Source: Balanoglossus misakiensis
Taxonomy: Eukaryota; Animalia; Hemichordata
Assembly (NCBI GenBank): GCA_040954595.2
Contig: CM082581.2
Coordinates: 9,589,878 to 9,653,877 of the forward strand
DNA length: 64,000 bases
Direction of reading: 5' to 3'
Part shown: piece by piece, positions 50,371 to 64,000 of the stretch
Layout: each line of letters begins with the position of its first letter
Position numbering within the stretch: position 1 is the first letter of the stretch
Made by a program: the position numbers and the translations under genes
The notes under the pieces: generated by a model
The model's input: the letters and a program-made list of their open reading frames with translations, nothing else
The model's database searches: none
Told to the model about the DNA's origin: nothing

Positions 50371-51247
50371 CATCTGAAAAAAAATCTCAACTCCAGAACT
50401 TAATTTATAGAACCATTCCACTTGTGAACTTTCCATTTATACCGGATATGGATTACCAAACTGGACAATGGATGCATGCTTGTACTTCATTTATGAACTT
50501 CAGATATAAAAGGGTTTACTTTTTGGGGGGAAGGGGGGGGGGAGACATTGAGAGAGAATCACAGATTTGCTGCTGTGCAGGCATATCGTTTACTCTGTAA
50601 GATCTCACAGGGAAAATCAAATGACACACAAAGCATCACCACGGAACCAAAAAATAACCAAGCACTCTCCACAGTTGTAAAAATATGACATATTTATTGT
50701 ATCAGCAGGAATATATTAGGTTAAAACACGCTTCAAATAAATAGACCAAATCTCGAAGAATACATGTACTTAGCTTTAATTTTAATATATTAAAATCATG
50801 ACATGATTATGTTATCAGACCTGAACCAGAATGACATTGAAAAATCTGTGATAAAATGTGTGAGAAGTGCAAATGGTCCCTGATGTGATAAATTACACAC
50901 ACATTTTCTTTAAGCAGATTGTTTCCTTGGCAAATAAAGCTGTAAATATTACAAAAATGTACTCATTGTCTTGTGGCTGTAATACACACACATTTTGGCA
51001 GAAATACTTGTCCAAAATCATAGTGGATCATTTTCTAAAGCACACATAACACATCTTAATAAATAAGACAAAAAATGTCTGGCAAATAAATAAAACTTTG
51101 GGATAAGAATGCTTTTGACATTATCCATCCTAGACATTATTATATACAAAACAGTACTTTACATCATTTGAAAAATATCCTGATCAGCATATAACTTTGA
51201 TATTAAATAAAACAATGTACTTCCCAACACACTGTCAGAAGACAACA

Positions 51248-52872
51248 TCAAACGGATGAGAACGGATCTGACTTGTAGCCTCTGACAGCAAAGACATCCA
51301 TGTAGAAGCTGGCTCCATTCCACACCATGACAATGAAAACCAAAGAGAGTAGCACGACGTGCGATATGAAGAATTCGTACCAGAGCCTGCAGAACAGCAA
51401 TGTCACCAGGCAACAGATGCAGGAGCACACATAGAACATGTAAAACTGAAACCTGTGAAATAAAGAAAATAATTTTAAATTTTTTTCATCATTTTGTTTT
51501 TTTTATATGCTTGATGATGATGAGATGTTGGATGAGTGAAGGTAAGATACCACACTAGAGGGCGCTCACACTTAACTTATTGATGTCTGTAATAGATAGC
51601 ATACAAACAGCAGAGAACAATACTGGTAACATGCATTTGCAATCTGTTTACTGAAACAAACATGCGAGAAATTACACTTACCTTTGACCAAAAACACCAG
51701 TTACTTTGGAAAAGATACTTTTTGTATCAGATGTCAGGTATCTATAGCTGTCGAGATAGTCATCTCCTGGCCTGTAATAATGAAACGAATATGACAGAAA
51801 GTTGTAAGAGAGACAGAAGAGCCTCGTACTTTATATGCAAGACCTGTACTTTTACTACTACAGACCAGAAAGTCAAATGTGACATTCACGAAGGTTCTCC
51901 AGTTTTCTGATACAGACACTAGCGGCCACAAGGATGACCAGATCATTACAATACACACTGTGTCCAAAATTAGGCTGTAAATTGGAATTGGGAGTGAAAA
52001 ACAAGGGAGGAAATACAGACCCCGGGGACCGGTACTTACTTTATGATGTGATGAACAACAACAAGGTACATCAGCTGCAGTGGGCAGAGGAGGGAAAAGC
52101 GATGCACACGCAATAAAATTAGTTGCAGGACAAGGGGGCACTCCCTTTACCATAAAGTTGTTTAGACACACAGTTTACACAACCAAAATGTTACTATTTG
52201 TCAAGACAGGAATTCATGTTGAAAACACTCCAAATTTAAAATCTGTTTATGAGGATTATGTCTGTAGTTGCAGGGGGATAGTGCTCTGTGACGATTAAAA
52301 TTAACACAGCAAAGACAGATATTTACCACAGGACCAGTGTTTTAACTTATTTACCCTACCCCCCCCCCCAAAAGAATGCAACTTTTGTTAATTTTTGTAT
52401 GGCAAAGTGCACTGAGATAAGGGTAGTGGATAGTTTGCAGCTTGATCAACTGAAGTTAATCGCTATACTTCACACACGTCGAGTAACACACACTGTTATT
52501 TTTGACATTACACTGTATATTGTTTCTACTTACCCCGTGAAACACGTAACAACCAAGGGGAATCGCAACAAGCCACACAAAATTGCCACTGGCATGGTTG
52601 TGTACAAAGGACGTGTACCAGTGCTGCGATATTGACTGCGGGTACCATCGGAGTCCGAAGGACAGGTAGGCGGGCAGCAAATGGATGAAGACTGAAGTCA
52701 TCTTGTCGAGGCTGTGAAATACCAGCGAGTTTCTGTAGATGGGTATAGCCCACAGCAGTGGTCCATTGGCGAGTGCAAAGACAATGCAAAACATGCCCTC
52801 GTGGTCTGGGACTACCCTGTTCGTGAAAGACAAAAGTGATACCCAAATGACATCACTGATCACACACAATAC

Positions 52873-52905
<33 letters not shown>

Positions 52906-53821
52906 CCACCTGATAAATTGGTTTCCAGATATCTTGCTGTTTGAGTTGTTGTTTTGCCTGTGGATGTTTGTGTCTGTACTAAATTGTCTGTCATTTGAAT
53001 AAGCTCACCATATATACACCATACAAATGGTGTTTGCAAAGTAACAGAAGTCCAGGAGGAAGTACTGCCACTTCTTATTCCAGTAAAGGACAATCCGTAC
53101 GACCACCAGTATCGGAGCCACCACCGTGTAGTAATATGGCAACAACCAGTGGATGTGAAAGAGCCCATAGGCCCACACAATCAGACTTGTGACGGCAATG
53201 ACAAACACAGTCTTCTCAAGGATGTGCTTCCTTTTGGCAACCTGTGAATGTGTGACAAGAGTTTTGTATTAAAGTTATGAATTGGCTCCATTCATTAAAT
53301 TTAACACACAAGCATGTATGTACAAAATGAAACTGACCTGAATGAGGTAGCTTTCACATTCTTTTGCATCACTTGTCACAACATTTTTGATATCTGCAGC
53401 TGCATTTTCCCTTGTTGGGGATAAGGGTGGGCTCCTCCTGTATGCTGATGTTTCGGTAAAACCAGGTTCACCATTGCTCTTTATATTGTTGGTGATCCCA
53501 TCCCTGCTTTGTAAGAACATTGTTTATTTCTAAGTATATGGTTTGCGCATATGATCTGCATATATGTAATACATTAGACACTACTTAATTGGAAAGGACT
53601 GAATTTTGCCCCATAATGTTAGTATCGAAATACGTGTACCTTGGTTTGATGTTAGTTTGGTCATTATCGCTGTCAATTAGGTGTAAGTGATCAAGTTTGT
53701 TTTCTATGATCCCAACAGACGATGGCAGTGGCTCCTCCTGATCTTCCCCCACAACAAGACCGCTGTCAGCACCACTTTCAGTTTCAGATGACATTGCCTT
53801 TTCCCTTGATTCACCATCCAT
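51248..53821 (-). CDS. GPC1: Glycerophosphocholine acyltransferase (GPC1/GPCAT, DUF2838 family), polytopic membrane protein
   Basis: Exons 53821-53640, 53503-53338, 53241-53009, 52816-52534, 52074-52040, 51771-51682, 51452-51248 with consistent phases. Motifs KWQYFLLDFCYFAN, NGPLLWAIPIYRNSLVFHSLDKMTSVFIHLLP, DSYRYL, WNGASFYMDVF. Confidence 0.9.
52874..52910. repeat. (CAT)n microsatellite in a GPC1 intron
   Basis: Direct reading; source of the poly-His and poly-Asp ORF artefacts. Confidence 0.95.
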
Positions 53822-54408
53822 AACTTACAAAAATGGCCAATTTTCGCACAGAGAAAGCATATTCGATCTTTCTCTAGTCTGTCATTGCACTTGTCACAAT
53901 GTCCTCTCGCTGCTACAACGTAACAACTGGAGTAATCACTTTCATTATGTTTATTTCGAGAACTGAAATATTTACAATCACCATTTTGATTGGCCAAGGA
54001 ACTCAAGGAACTGGGTACGGTTTCTCAATTTTATTTAGATTTGGTTAAATAGCCATCGACATGCAACACACTTTGAAACATTACACGTTTGGTGTTTCAG
54101 AGAAAACCCTTCAAGGTTTCTCTGAAAAACCTGTAATGAATTTCATCGTTAATTTCGTCTCATAGACTGTGGTCCAATCCAAGACACCTTTCCATGAAAG
54201 CATTTCAGCAGTCACGAAGGGATTACGCAGGCGCAGTATGAGGTCAATAGGTCACATCCTTTTCGTTTCATTCTGCTGCGATCGGACAGCGTGACTATGA
54301 TCGCGACGCGACAACGCAACATGATCACTTCTCTGTACTCACAACCAGTTTTCAAGTACTTGTAGCTGTCGTTGATTGCCCGATCGCGGAACAGAGGACA
54401 TTTTAATC
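53822..54408. promoter_or_regulatory. Compact divergent promoter and UTR region of GPC1 and ZFYVE28
   Basis: About 590 bp between divergent ATGs; CpG-richer segment at ~54210-54400. Confidence 0.6.
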
Positions 54409-55167
54409 ATGTTTTCTTTGCGAAAGTGGCTGTACAAGCCCAAGGTAGGACGTCATATTTATGAAATCGACATTTATTCGTGATCAACAAACGCCCAGTG
54501 CGGACGGCCTTGCATGCGCCAGCCGCATGCCAAGTTGGGTTTGTTGATGTTTTTATCTCCATCGTGTTTCTTGTTCGCAGTCGTGGGGTCATGTTTACCG
54601 CGGCGTGTTAGCCTTGTACGTCTTTTTTTGTTCTGTAGCGATTCTCTGAGCATGATCTCGCTTGATAAATAAGGTTTCTGGCTAGACAAATGATGATAGT
54701 AAATAGGCTGCCGTACAGGCGATCGCGATCCTCCGCGAATGTTTTCATAACAAAATGGGCTGGGCGCGGCGCCGACTGGCCCACATCCCTGGATCTTGCA
54801 CCACAGAGTGTCTTATCTGCAGATCTGTCAATTTTTAGTTCATGTGCAATCGATCCATTTTACAATGAAGCACGTGGATCGTACATACATGTATAAACAC
54901 GGTGTGTAGTGACCGTATAAACCACCAGATGAGCTGGGTAAACTTCAGAGATATGCACATACATAAACAGGAATCATGCATGGTCGTATCTGTCCATACG
55001 TCGATGATTGATGATATAAACTTGGTATGATTTCATTGCCTTTTTCCCACGGCAAATCGGAGAGCCGTGTATGATGATGATGATGATGATGATGATGCTG
55101 ATGAAGATGATGATGACGACGACGATAATGATGATAAAGGTAATGATGATGATAAAGATCATCATCG

Positions 55168-55208
<41 letters not shown>

Positions 55209-58200
55209 GTCATCGTCAATTATAGTCTTAAGATCAGTAAATGTTGTAGAAATCTGTTAGTCTTTGTGAATTGCGTTGATGATTTGATAGATTAATTATT
55301 TCATTGTACTGCACTTAGAAAAAGCTGGATTATAATCATGGGATTTGTGGGCAAAATATTAATTTGTGGTTGTAATTAATGCAAGATAATTATCAAACTT
55401 GTAGTTTACATTATTCTGCCTTGGACTACCATGGCTGAGAATTCCTCTCTTTTTATCTGTAAAGGGGGAAGCTTCTTCAATCCAGTAAATGTACTTTGTC
55501 TTCATGATGTAATACATTTATGGCAAAGAGTAATTGACTAGATTACTTATAAATCTAATTATATTTCATATCTCCCCAATTTTATGGGATATTTTGTCTC
55601 ATAATCCTGTGAATAGTGAAACATGATTGATACAATTAGACCTAACATGACTCTTGGGCGCCAACAGTAATGAGTTGAGAAGATTGGCAGGGCTGAAGGT
55701 TTAGATGATATGACATTAGTTTGATAGTCTGTGAAGAATTACCAAATAGAAGGGTTTTGATGTGTAATAATTTTATGTAATCAAATGGGAAAATTGGCAG
55801 ACGCTTTATGGTGTAACTAGCTGTAGCTGTTTGATTTTGTATCTGTTTGTATTGGTTTGACCTATGACCCTGGTCACGTTGGACAAATTTTATGAATGCT
55901 TGCAGATAACCTTTTAATAATTGTCACTGCTTGCTCACACCCACTCCTTGATTCTCAACATTGTCACAAGACCATGACGGCATGTGCCCCGTATCTGTCG
56001 GAGATAACAGCCTGGCCTGTCAGCCACTGGACAGAATTTTGTGGATACTTCGCCCTTTTCTTTTCCGTGACATCATTTCTCCGTGACGATGATGATACCA
56101 ACATTCAGTTGTTTCAGACTGAAAGAATTCATCAAGCAACCATCGGCGAGCATGTCATTGTGTGTAACATAGAGTGGACACTACGTGTGATAAAAATACA
56201 TAGGCGTAAACGTGTTTGAAATACAACTTGGCTGCTCTGGGCAGTTTTCTCCCTAGAGTAACATAACTTTAAGGTTTTTTATTTCAATCCTTCCTAAACT
56301 CCGAGAGATAACCCAGGTGTCTCCTTGTGGCTTACATCTGTACCTTACAAGGTACACGCACATTTATCAATGTAGTCCATCTCATTTACTTCTTGTAACC
56401 TTCCTACACCCTGTCAGGAGTTCACTCTAGAGTTGCGACATGTTTCGCATACTATGCAGATTAACAGTACAAGTACACCACATATATGTTTTGATGGTGA
56501 CAATATATGATAGTCTGGGTCATACCCTTAAAATTTTAAGGCACATCATATACTTGCAGCAATATTGTGTTACAACTTATAATGTACATGTACAGAATAC
56601 GTACATGAACGAACATAAAGAGACAGATTACATACATACATGAACGTGTATGTATGCGTGTGTATGTATGTGTACATGTATGCATGTAGAATTCTTTCCA
56701 AAACAAAGTCACACAATAAAACTTAAAATTGTTAAAAAAAATACATTAAAATAATTAAATGATCTTAGGCTTCCTCACATCCATATAAACTTACATGTAC
56801 CTTTACATAACTGTGGCTTCTGAACTACAGGGAAATATTGCTTCCAGAACAAAGTTAATGAAATGTCTATCCTTCGAAACAGGATCTGAAAGATGGATGA
56901 TATGGTATTACAGTGGGCTGTCATTTTGTAATTACTACAAGACGAGAAAGTTCTGCTGTTACCACTATCTGCTCAGTAAATTGGAAAGCATCACGAGCTG
57001 GTGAACTCAGATCTAAAATTAGAACGGAGAGATAATGAAAAAAAATACTTTTCGTCTGTGTGATCTTTTGTCGACTGTGCTGATAAGAGAGAACGTGATG
57101 AAGATGTTTCTGGAGTTCATGCACCCAGAAGCACTGCTGGAAAGATTTGTGGAAGTCCCTGAAAAATATTCCCAGAAAAATATTCTCAGTGAATAGAGCA
57201 TTTGGTTTCACATGGTGCAGAAAACCTTAAAGTGACTTTGACGGTTCTATACACAGTACTTATTCCATATACCCATGATTCTTGACAAAAAAATCTCTTG
57301 TATCTTTAATAATAGAAGATTACATCTTTCAATCCTATGTAAACATCCCTGTGTCCGCTTTGGACTGAAAACACCCACACTGCTGTAGACTACTGTAGGC
57401 AACAATTTATTCTGAAGTAGGCCCATTTATATATTTTAACCATTCCACATGCAACTGTAAATTTTGGTCAATCAGTGTTATTGTTTCAGAAGAGAGATTC
57501 ACAATTTATGTTTTTGTAAGGTTCATTTTAGCCACCAGTGGTGGTAAAATACCAGATTGCATAACACTGTAATCAGTTTTATGTCAACACCTGTGCAGCA
57601 CAGTGGCGATATGATAGCTGCGTACATAACAACTGGAATGTGGTATTATCGAATTAATTGCTGACTACACTAGATTATTCAAGCTAAAAATAGGCATCTG
57701 CACCTGTAAATCTTTAATGTGTGTGAATTTAATTTGTAGTGTATACATGTAAAATTCAATTCAATTTGAAGCAAACCCCATTTTTTGTTTAAATTTAACA
57801 AACTTTGAACAAAGAGGAATTGTGTTATACTGTGTTAACCAGCATGATAATGTGTAAATAATAAACAAAACTGAACTGTGAACATGTGACCTGCTTTTCT
57901 GTGTATACATGTACATCGTACTTTACAAGGCGAGTGTGCCATTGATATGGGGAGATTTAAGCTTGAGAATTGCAGATTTTTATCATGGCTGTTCACAGAT
58001 CCTGTCGTGCAGATACCAGTAGTTACAAATTGACAGCTTTGTGCATGCTTTTCATTCGGGTTAGGCCATGAAACCTTAAAGCAGACACTTTAAAGAGATT
58101 ACTGAAGAAAAAATGATGGGCAAAAGTTCATGAACAATTCTTTTGTTGAGTCAGAATTTTAAAAAAAATGTGCCAGTAATATGACCATTTTCTGTTGTTG

Positions 58201-61200
58201 TTTTAAATATTTTTTGTCCAGTGAAACACACAAACCAAATTTTAGTAGTGAAAATGCTTTTGTGTATTACCGTATATATATTTGCCATGGCAACCAAAGG
58301 AATAGGGGATACTGGTATGATCTTAACTACCGGTATTGTTGGATTTTTATTGATTTTCACACCTACATGTACATGTAAACTAGTGCTTGCTTACACTATG
58401 ATTACACAGGCGATAAATTATACATGCATGAACAAGGATGAGTATAACAAATATGTGTGTATAAATGTATGGATGGTTTACACCTGTGATCATACAAATC
58501 CTTGGAGCCAGCCTCTTGTCGCCCTAATTTTTATGCAGATATATTTATCAGATTTGATAACTATGAGATGACTGCACTGCACAGTCAGTATGCATGTACT
58601 TTGTTTTGACAACATTTACTGTGAATAATTGTGTATACATGTATTTCGCAAAATTCAATAACCATCTGGCGTTACATTTTGTACATGTCGCTGTTTAGAA
58701 ATGCGACAGTTACAAAGGCATACTTAACTGCAGTAGCCATAGCAATGGTGATGCACTAGAACAGAGCATAAACACAGCACGTACGGTAAAGCCAAATCAT
58801 ATTGTTAAGGCTAAAAGAAAATAATTGATGCCTGGTATGTACATGTATGCTACATAAATGTACAATATTACATTAATTATAGAAAACTTGTCCACCCCAG
58901 GCTGTTAATGAGGCACACGTGTCTATCTGAATGTCAAGTACAGATGAAATAGAAAGGGTTTCAACAAAATGAAATCATGGAGAGAGGCTTTCACGGAACA
59001 GGCATGACTTCACGAAACATAACTACTGATAAATGTTTTAGCTGATGTGTAAAATGTGGACGGCGTGTAGTAGTACATCCAGTGTATGTTTTCAAAATGT
59101 CAAAGGTCCCACATTAATTTGGATAGTCGTTACAGTTGAATTCATGATACTATAAATACTAAAAACAGAAATGGTATTGATGTACGGTACCATCATAATA
59201 AGTTGTATGCAGATTTGCACCTTTGACGTTGGAATGTGGAATATTCAAGCAATTTTCAGTTGTCTTTTGGGAACAGACAAATGTGTTTGCACAATGTTAT
59301 CACTACTCATTGGTCTCTCTGTAATGATCTGTGTATATCTGATACATTTTGTAAAAATGGTGTAGGTGGTGGCAGATGGAATACGTACAGACAAAAAAGA
59401 AAGCGTGGCCATTGTATCAACATGATTCCATCTGACAAATGGACTTTTATTCATCTTTTATTTCTACAGAAAACTGACACTCAGCTTCTTGCTCAGTTTT
59501 ACTATGCTGATGAAGAGCTGAACGAAGTAGCCATAGAATTGGACAGCTTTGATGGCAGGAAGGACCCTGAGAGATGTACAGCGTTGGTCAATCAGCTCAG
59601 AAATTGTCAAGATAAAGTCCTTAGTAAGCAATTATTCTCTGTATCCCCAGTTTTAACCCGTAGATATAGAACCCTTTAATTTTCCTGTTCCTTGCTGCAT
59701 TTAAAGTGGTGTGGCACCAGGTTGAGCTGGCTGCTCAATCATGTTCACATGGCGGCCATTTTGAATATCACAAAGAGGGAAGTGCACAGCACACAGCTGA
59801 TCTATCGTTTCTAATAAACGTTTCCTGGCTACAGACAAAGAGTCCATTGCTTGCTCCTGTGGAAATGCCCTGGGCACCGTACTTTCCCCTTCAAATAAAG
59901 ATAAATTTTAGATGCATTAGGCAAGGAATCCAAGTGACTTTCACTTAAACAAAGAGAAGACAAAGTAATTACCAAGAATATTGATTTTGTCACCCATGCC
60001 TTCTGGGATGGTGAACCTGTGTTGTTTGTGCAGGTAAAATTTTGCTGTACTCCACAGGAAGCATGTGGAGTTGTCAAAAATGATCAGTGTTTTATTAAAA
60101 TGTGTTGGTTTTTGACAGTGGAAACTCATACTTCCTGATTTTGTACCCGCAGCTATTGTAAATGAAATCATGGACGTTGCCATACCAACAGAGAGAGCCA
60201 ATAGAGATTTCCGGGTGAAGTTTCCAGACGATGTGCTCCAAGATACATTAGCTGGGCAGCTGTGGTTTGGAGCTGAGGTAATAATTAATTTACAGTGTTT
60301 ATTCCCATTAAATACATGTACCTTGCCTTGTGTCGTGTAGGGACCATCCCTGTTGAAGTCTGACTTGAATTGATAATACATCACAATCAAAATGCCACTC
60401 AACACTGAAACCTTTCTAAACTGAATGATTTCTTTTTGCTGTGGAAGTCTAACATTAGAGGCACGTTTTGCCATTCATTGGATCTGTTATGACTGTATAT
60501 TTCTCGACTGTATTATTTGTGTATCAGTGTTTAGCAGCTGGTTCAACCATTATGAACAGGGAGATGGAGAGTGCTGCTCTGAGACCCCGTGCCAAAGAAG
60601 TGATTCGTAGCCTAGACTGTCTCAGAACTGCTATCCGAGATCAGTGTTTGAGAAATCTCAATGTCTACACTGATAAAGTAAGTCCTGCATATAGAAATGA
60701 AAAAAATCTTTTTTCCTGTACATTTTAGCAAATTTGTATACAATGAAACACATCTCCTGTACCATGTTAAATAAAATACAGACCAAGATTCTTCAGAATA
60801 TATTTTGTAATGACTTAAAGGTAACAGAGTTGATAATTTAGTCTGATCCAAAGTAAACCAGGCTACAACTGTACAACACAACATTTTTCCAAATCCATAG
60901 CAGACGTTGTCACAATTTAGAATGTAAATGTATTCTATTCAGTTGATAGTAGTACAACGCATCTCACACCAGCCCTGTGTTTTTACGCTTTGCCTCCTTC
61001 AGATCCGAGAGACACTGGTCACTTTTGACCAGATATTCTCTGACTTTGAGTACAGCTATGTGAGTGCAATGGTCCCTGTGAAAACTGCCAGGGACTACGA
61101 AACACAACAAGAGGTTGTTGTTCTCTTCTGTGAAACTATTGCCAGGTGAGATTACTGCACATTACATGCATTTTCAATTCATTGTAAATGAATTATCATC

Positions 61201-63776
61201 ACGCATTGTATAGGCTACATGTCATTGTATTTCACACATCTCTGGACGGACTGTAATCTACTGGATGTCATTTGCTTTTCAGGGCTCTGAAGCAACATCT
61301 CTTGCATCAAGACCAGATTGATTCCTGTGATCCAGCATTGATGTTTACAATTCCAAGGCTTGCCATTGTCTGGTAAGGGGACTGATGTAACTCATATGAT
61401 CTGACCCTTCGTTGTCATTGTCTATGATCCAACACTTCTACATGTATGCTACGGGTTTCTTTTTCTTCATTCGAGGTATGTATCCATTGGTCATTACTCA
61501 CTATTCTGTTTTGTTCCCAATTTTCCAGTGGTTTGTTGGTTTATCCTGAGGGTCCACTAAACTGCGACATGGAACCCTGTGAGATGTCAGAAATGTTCAG
61601 ACCCTTCCACAGTCTGCTTTACAAAATTAGGTGAGTTAAAGAATCTATAGTGCAGTCAAGACGTAATGGTTGACAAGCGCATAACAAATGTGTGGTGAAA
61701 TGCTTAAAGGCTATTTGTGAAAATCCTTTTTATTCATCTCAAGACTTGTGATTAATCGCTGAATTGTTTATTTGCTTTCTTTTACTCATTTCAGAGAATT
61801 GCTGCATACCCTAAGTGACAGAGAGTTGTTTCTGCTGGAAAAGGCTCTGTCCAGTACAGAAGAGCGTTGGGAGAGTCTGGAGAACGATCTGAGTACACCC
61901 ACAAATGAAAACTGTGGCCAGTCAAGCTTTGATGTACCAGTGAACCACAGATCATCGTCCCAGTACGGAAATGTTATCTCGTCGCCATCAAGCAGCAGTC
62001 TTCAATCTGATTCCTCAAGCAGTACTGTCAAAATCGACCAATCACCTGCATGTTCTGCTCCAATCGACCAATCAGAGCTGGCCTGCACTGTTCAGAATGA
62101 CCAGTCAGAACCGGTCTGTATCCAGGCCAATCAGCCGGCCCCAAGGACTACGGCTAATGCCGACCAATCAGAAACTGTACACAACCAAACTGACCAATCA
62201 GCGCTTAGGAATACTGTTCAGACAGACTCCTCAATTGAGCGAGAGTGTAACATAACCAATAGAACTAACAGCCAAACTGACTATGTCGAAAGAGATTTAT
62301 CCATGACACAGGGCCAGTCTGAAAGCGATTTCATTGACTCAGACATTGTTAGTAGAAAACTGACTATTTTGCCACGACCAGGGCTTCCAAGCGATATCTC
62401 TGTCTCAGTGGACTTTCGACAGGAATTCGCCACTGTCACAATCAGACCTGAAACTTTGTCAAATATCAGCCACGGCATGGAAAATGTCACCAGAGACGAT
62501 GAAACGTACGAGTACGTGAGAGAACCTCACAGCGAGGTTACAAACATTTCTCGGGCAGAATCAGGGGGTAGTTCTAGCAGTAGTGACAGCCAGTCGGACC
62601 CTCACTCACATGACAGACAGGAACAATTTGATGTGGGTGATGCTATTACTTGGTGTGCTCCCACCCCCTCAGAAACATTTGGTGCTAGGTGTAATTCTCG
62701 TGAAGTACACAACTTGTGTAGTTCCATCATGGGAGATATAGTCGAAAGAGCAACAGAGAGCGTGTCCAATAATATACCTCCAGAGGGCGCTACAAGAACA
62801 ATGATGTCCGTTGCTCAGGGTAACCATAATGAAAATGTACAATCACTGTCCTATGAATGCCTTGAAAATGTCGACTGTGTTACGCGGGAGAGGTGTGGTT
62901 GTACCAGCGGAGAGAATTTCGATTCTCCTGATGAAGCAGATGGGAGTGATAGCTCAGACGAGTTTTTACCGGAAGGAATGATCCGCAAGTCAGACACTGT
63001 GCTTTTTAAGCCGTCCGGGTCTTCTACGAGTTACCAATGTCAGGTCCTTGAACGAGGCAAGTTTGTTCCTCTGAAGGGACACGACTCGGATTTCAGCTCG
63101 CCCGATTCTCCGCTTTCAGACGGCGAGGATCTTGACAGGACAACGATGGGGGCTGGGACTGTGGTCGTAGAAGGAATACCTCAAAGAACGCTGCCAGTCG
63201 TGGGCAAATGTGCACCGACTGTGGAACTCAGCCCTGCAGGCACAGAGGGCTATACTGCGGACAGGACGGAATACAATCACTTTCACAACAATCCTCTTGT
63301 CATGGAAAACTATGACGACGAAAGCGTGGGAGCAGGCAGCAGTGGGCAGCAGTATCCGATCGCCGGGGGTAGCAACAGAGCCATCGGGGAAGCCATTCTC
63401 ACTCAGGAAGAGACTTATATGGGTGGGCTTGGTGACGGGTATGAAGCAGATAATGGCTATCAGTGGGAGTCTGATGAAAGGTGAGCGAGTCCTGGAATTG
63501 GAGTCTGAGCCCTGTATTAAATTCTTTTCAGAAACCACATAATTGCTGAAGGCTACATGTACATGTTATAGCCATTGACATAGCTGTGATGTTGTTGCAT
63601 CCATTTCTTCCACAGTGCAAGCAGTACAGAGACGAGTTCATACACTTCGGAATGCCAGGATGAGAGTGAGATTAGTATGGCCATCCAAGCAGCTGAACTG
63701 GCCGCCAAGCAACAAGCCAGAGCACACTTCAGCAGTGCTGGTGATCTGATCCATCGGCTCTTTGTCTGTATCTCAG
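54409..63776 (+). CDS. ZFYVE28: Lateral signaling target protein 2 homolog (5' part; FYVE domain expected beyond the window)
   Basis: Exon 1 54409-54444 ([12 protein letters not shown]), then 59470-59623 ([14 protein letters not shown]...[12 protein letters not shown]), 60153-60277 ([11 protein letters not shown]...GQLWFGAE), 60528-60677, 61003-61145, ~61283-61372, ~61529-61630, 61795-63480 (long disordered exon), 63616-63776 ([12 protein letters not shown]). Confidence 0.96.
55071..55218. repeat. Strand-switching microsatellite, (ATG)n directly followed by (CAT)n
   Basis: About 90 bp of degenerate ATG repeats, then ~60 bp of CAT repeats; self-complementary. Confidence 0.95.
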
Positions 63777-64000
63777 GTCAGTGGATCCGCATGTGTGATT
63801 TTAATAGTTGAAGCTCAAATTAGGAATTGGTCTCTGTTTATAGGTACAATTTACTGACTTGCCATCGCCAACTACTATTTGTATATTGAAATCTTGCAAA
63901 ACGGTGCTTGTGTACATGAAAAATTCTGTAATGAATAATTTCAAGACAGGCTCGTGTAAAAGTAGTTGTTAACAGTTGTAGCATTGTCACTTTGGTCATC

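Noticed and set aside
51734-52171. 145-aa ORF as a GPC1 exon
   Set aside because: The true GPC1 exons here (52074-52040, 51771-51682) use other frames; the long ORF is mostly intron.
9946-53821. Functional osmolyte/lipid cluster (P5CS, GPC1, CRAL-TRIO)
   Set aside because: The genes are interleaved with unrelated housekeeping genes in alternating orientation; nothing in the sequence shows co-regulation.
54974-55295. Poly-Met and poly-Ile ORFs
   Set aside because: Microsatellite translation artefacts inside ZFYVE28 intron 1.

Overview
Eukaryotic genomic DNA from a gene-dense, AT-rich animal genome, probably a marine invertebrate; the species cannot be fixed from sequence alone. No prokaryotic system, CRISPR array, rRNA or tRNA is visible. 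Hand-spliced genes in order: ALDH18A1/P5CS (-), SMYD5 (+), a telomere-repeat-binding factor of the TRF1/TRF2 family (-), three tandem CRAL-TRIO (TTPA-like/clavesin-like) lipid-binding paralogs (+), TRUB1 (-), SMIM19 (+), a GPC1-type glycerophosphocholine acyltransferase (-), and the 5' part of ZFYVE28/Lst2 (+, runs off the window). Accessory material includes a decayed cluster of compact intronless ORFs in the first ~2.7 kb, several small inverted-repeat elements, and a ~5.5 kb insert between CRAL-TRIO copies 2 and 3 that holds a composite tandem array inside a putative spliced antisense transcript. The best leads are (i) candidate cassette exons in P5CS at the junction where vertebrates use a 2-aa alternative splice to switch ornithine feedback, (ii) an animal GPC1, (iii) the repeat-bearing insert and (iv) the virus-like ORF remnant. 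None of these is a demonstrated new system. Exon coordinates were read by eye and may be off by a few bases.
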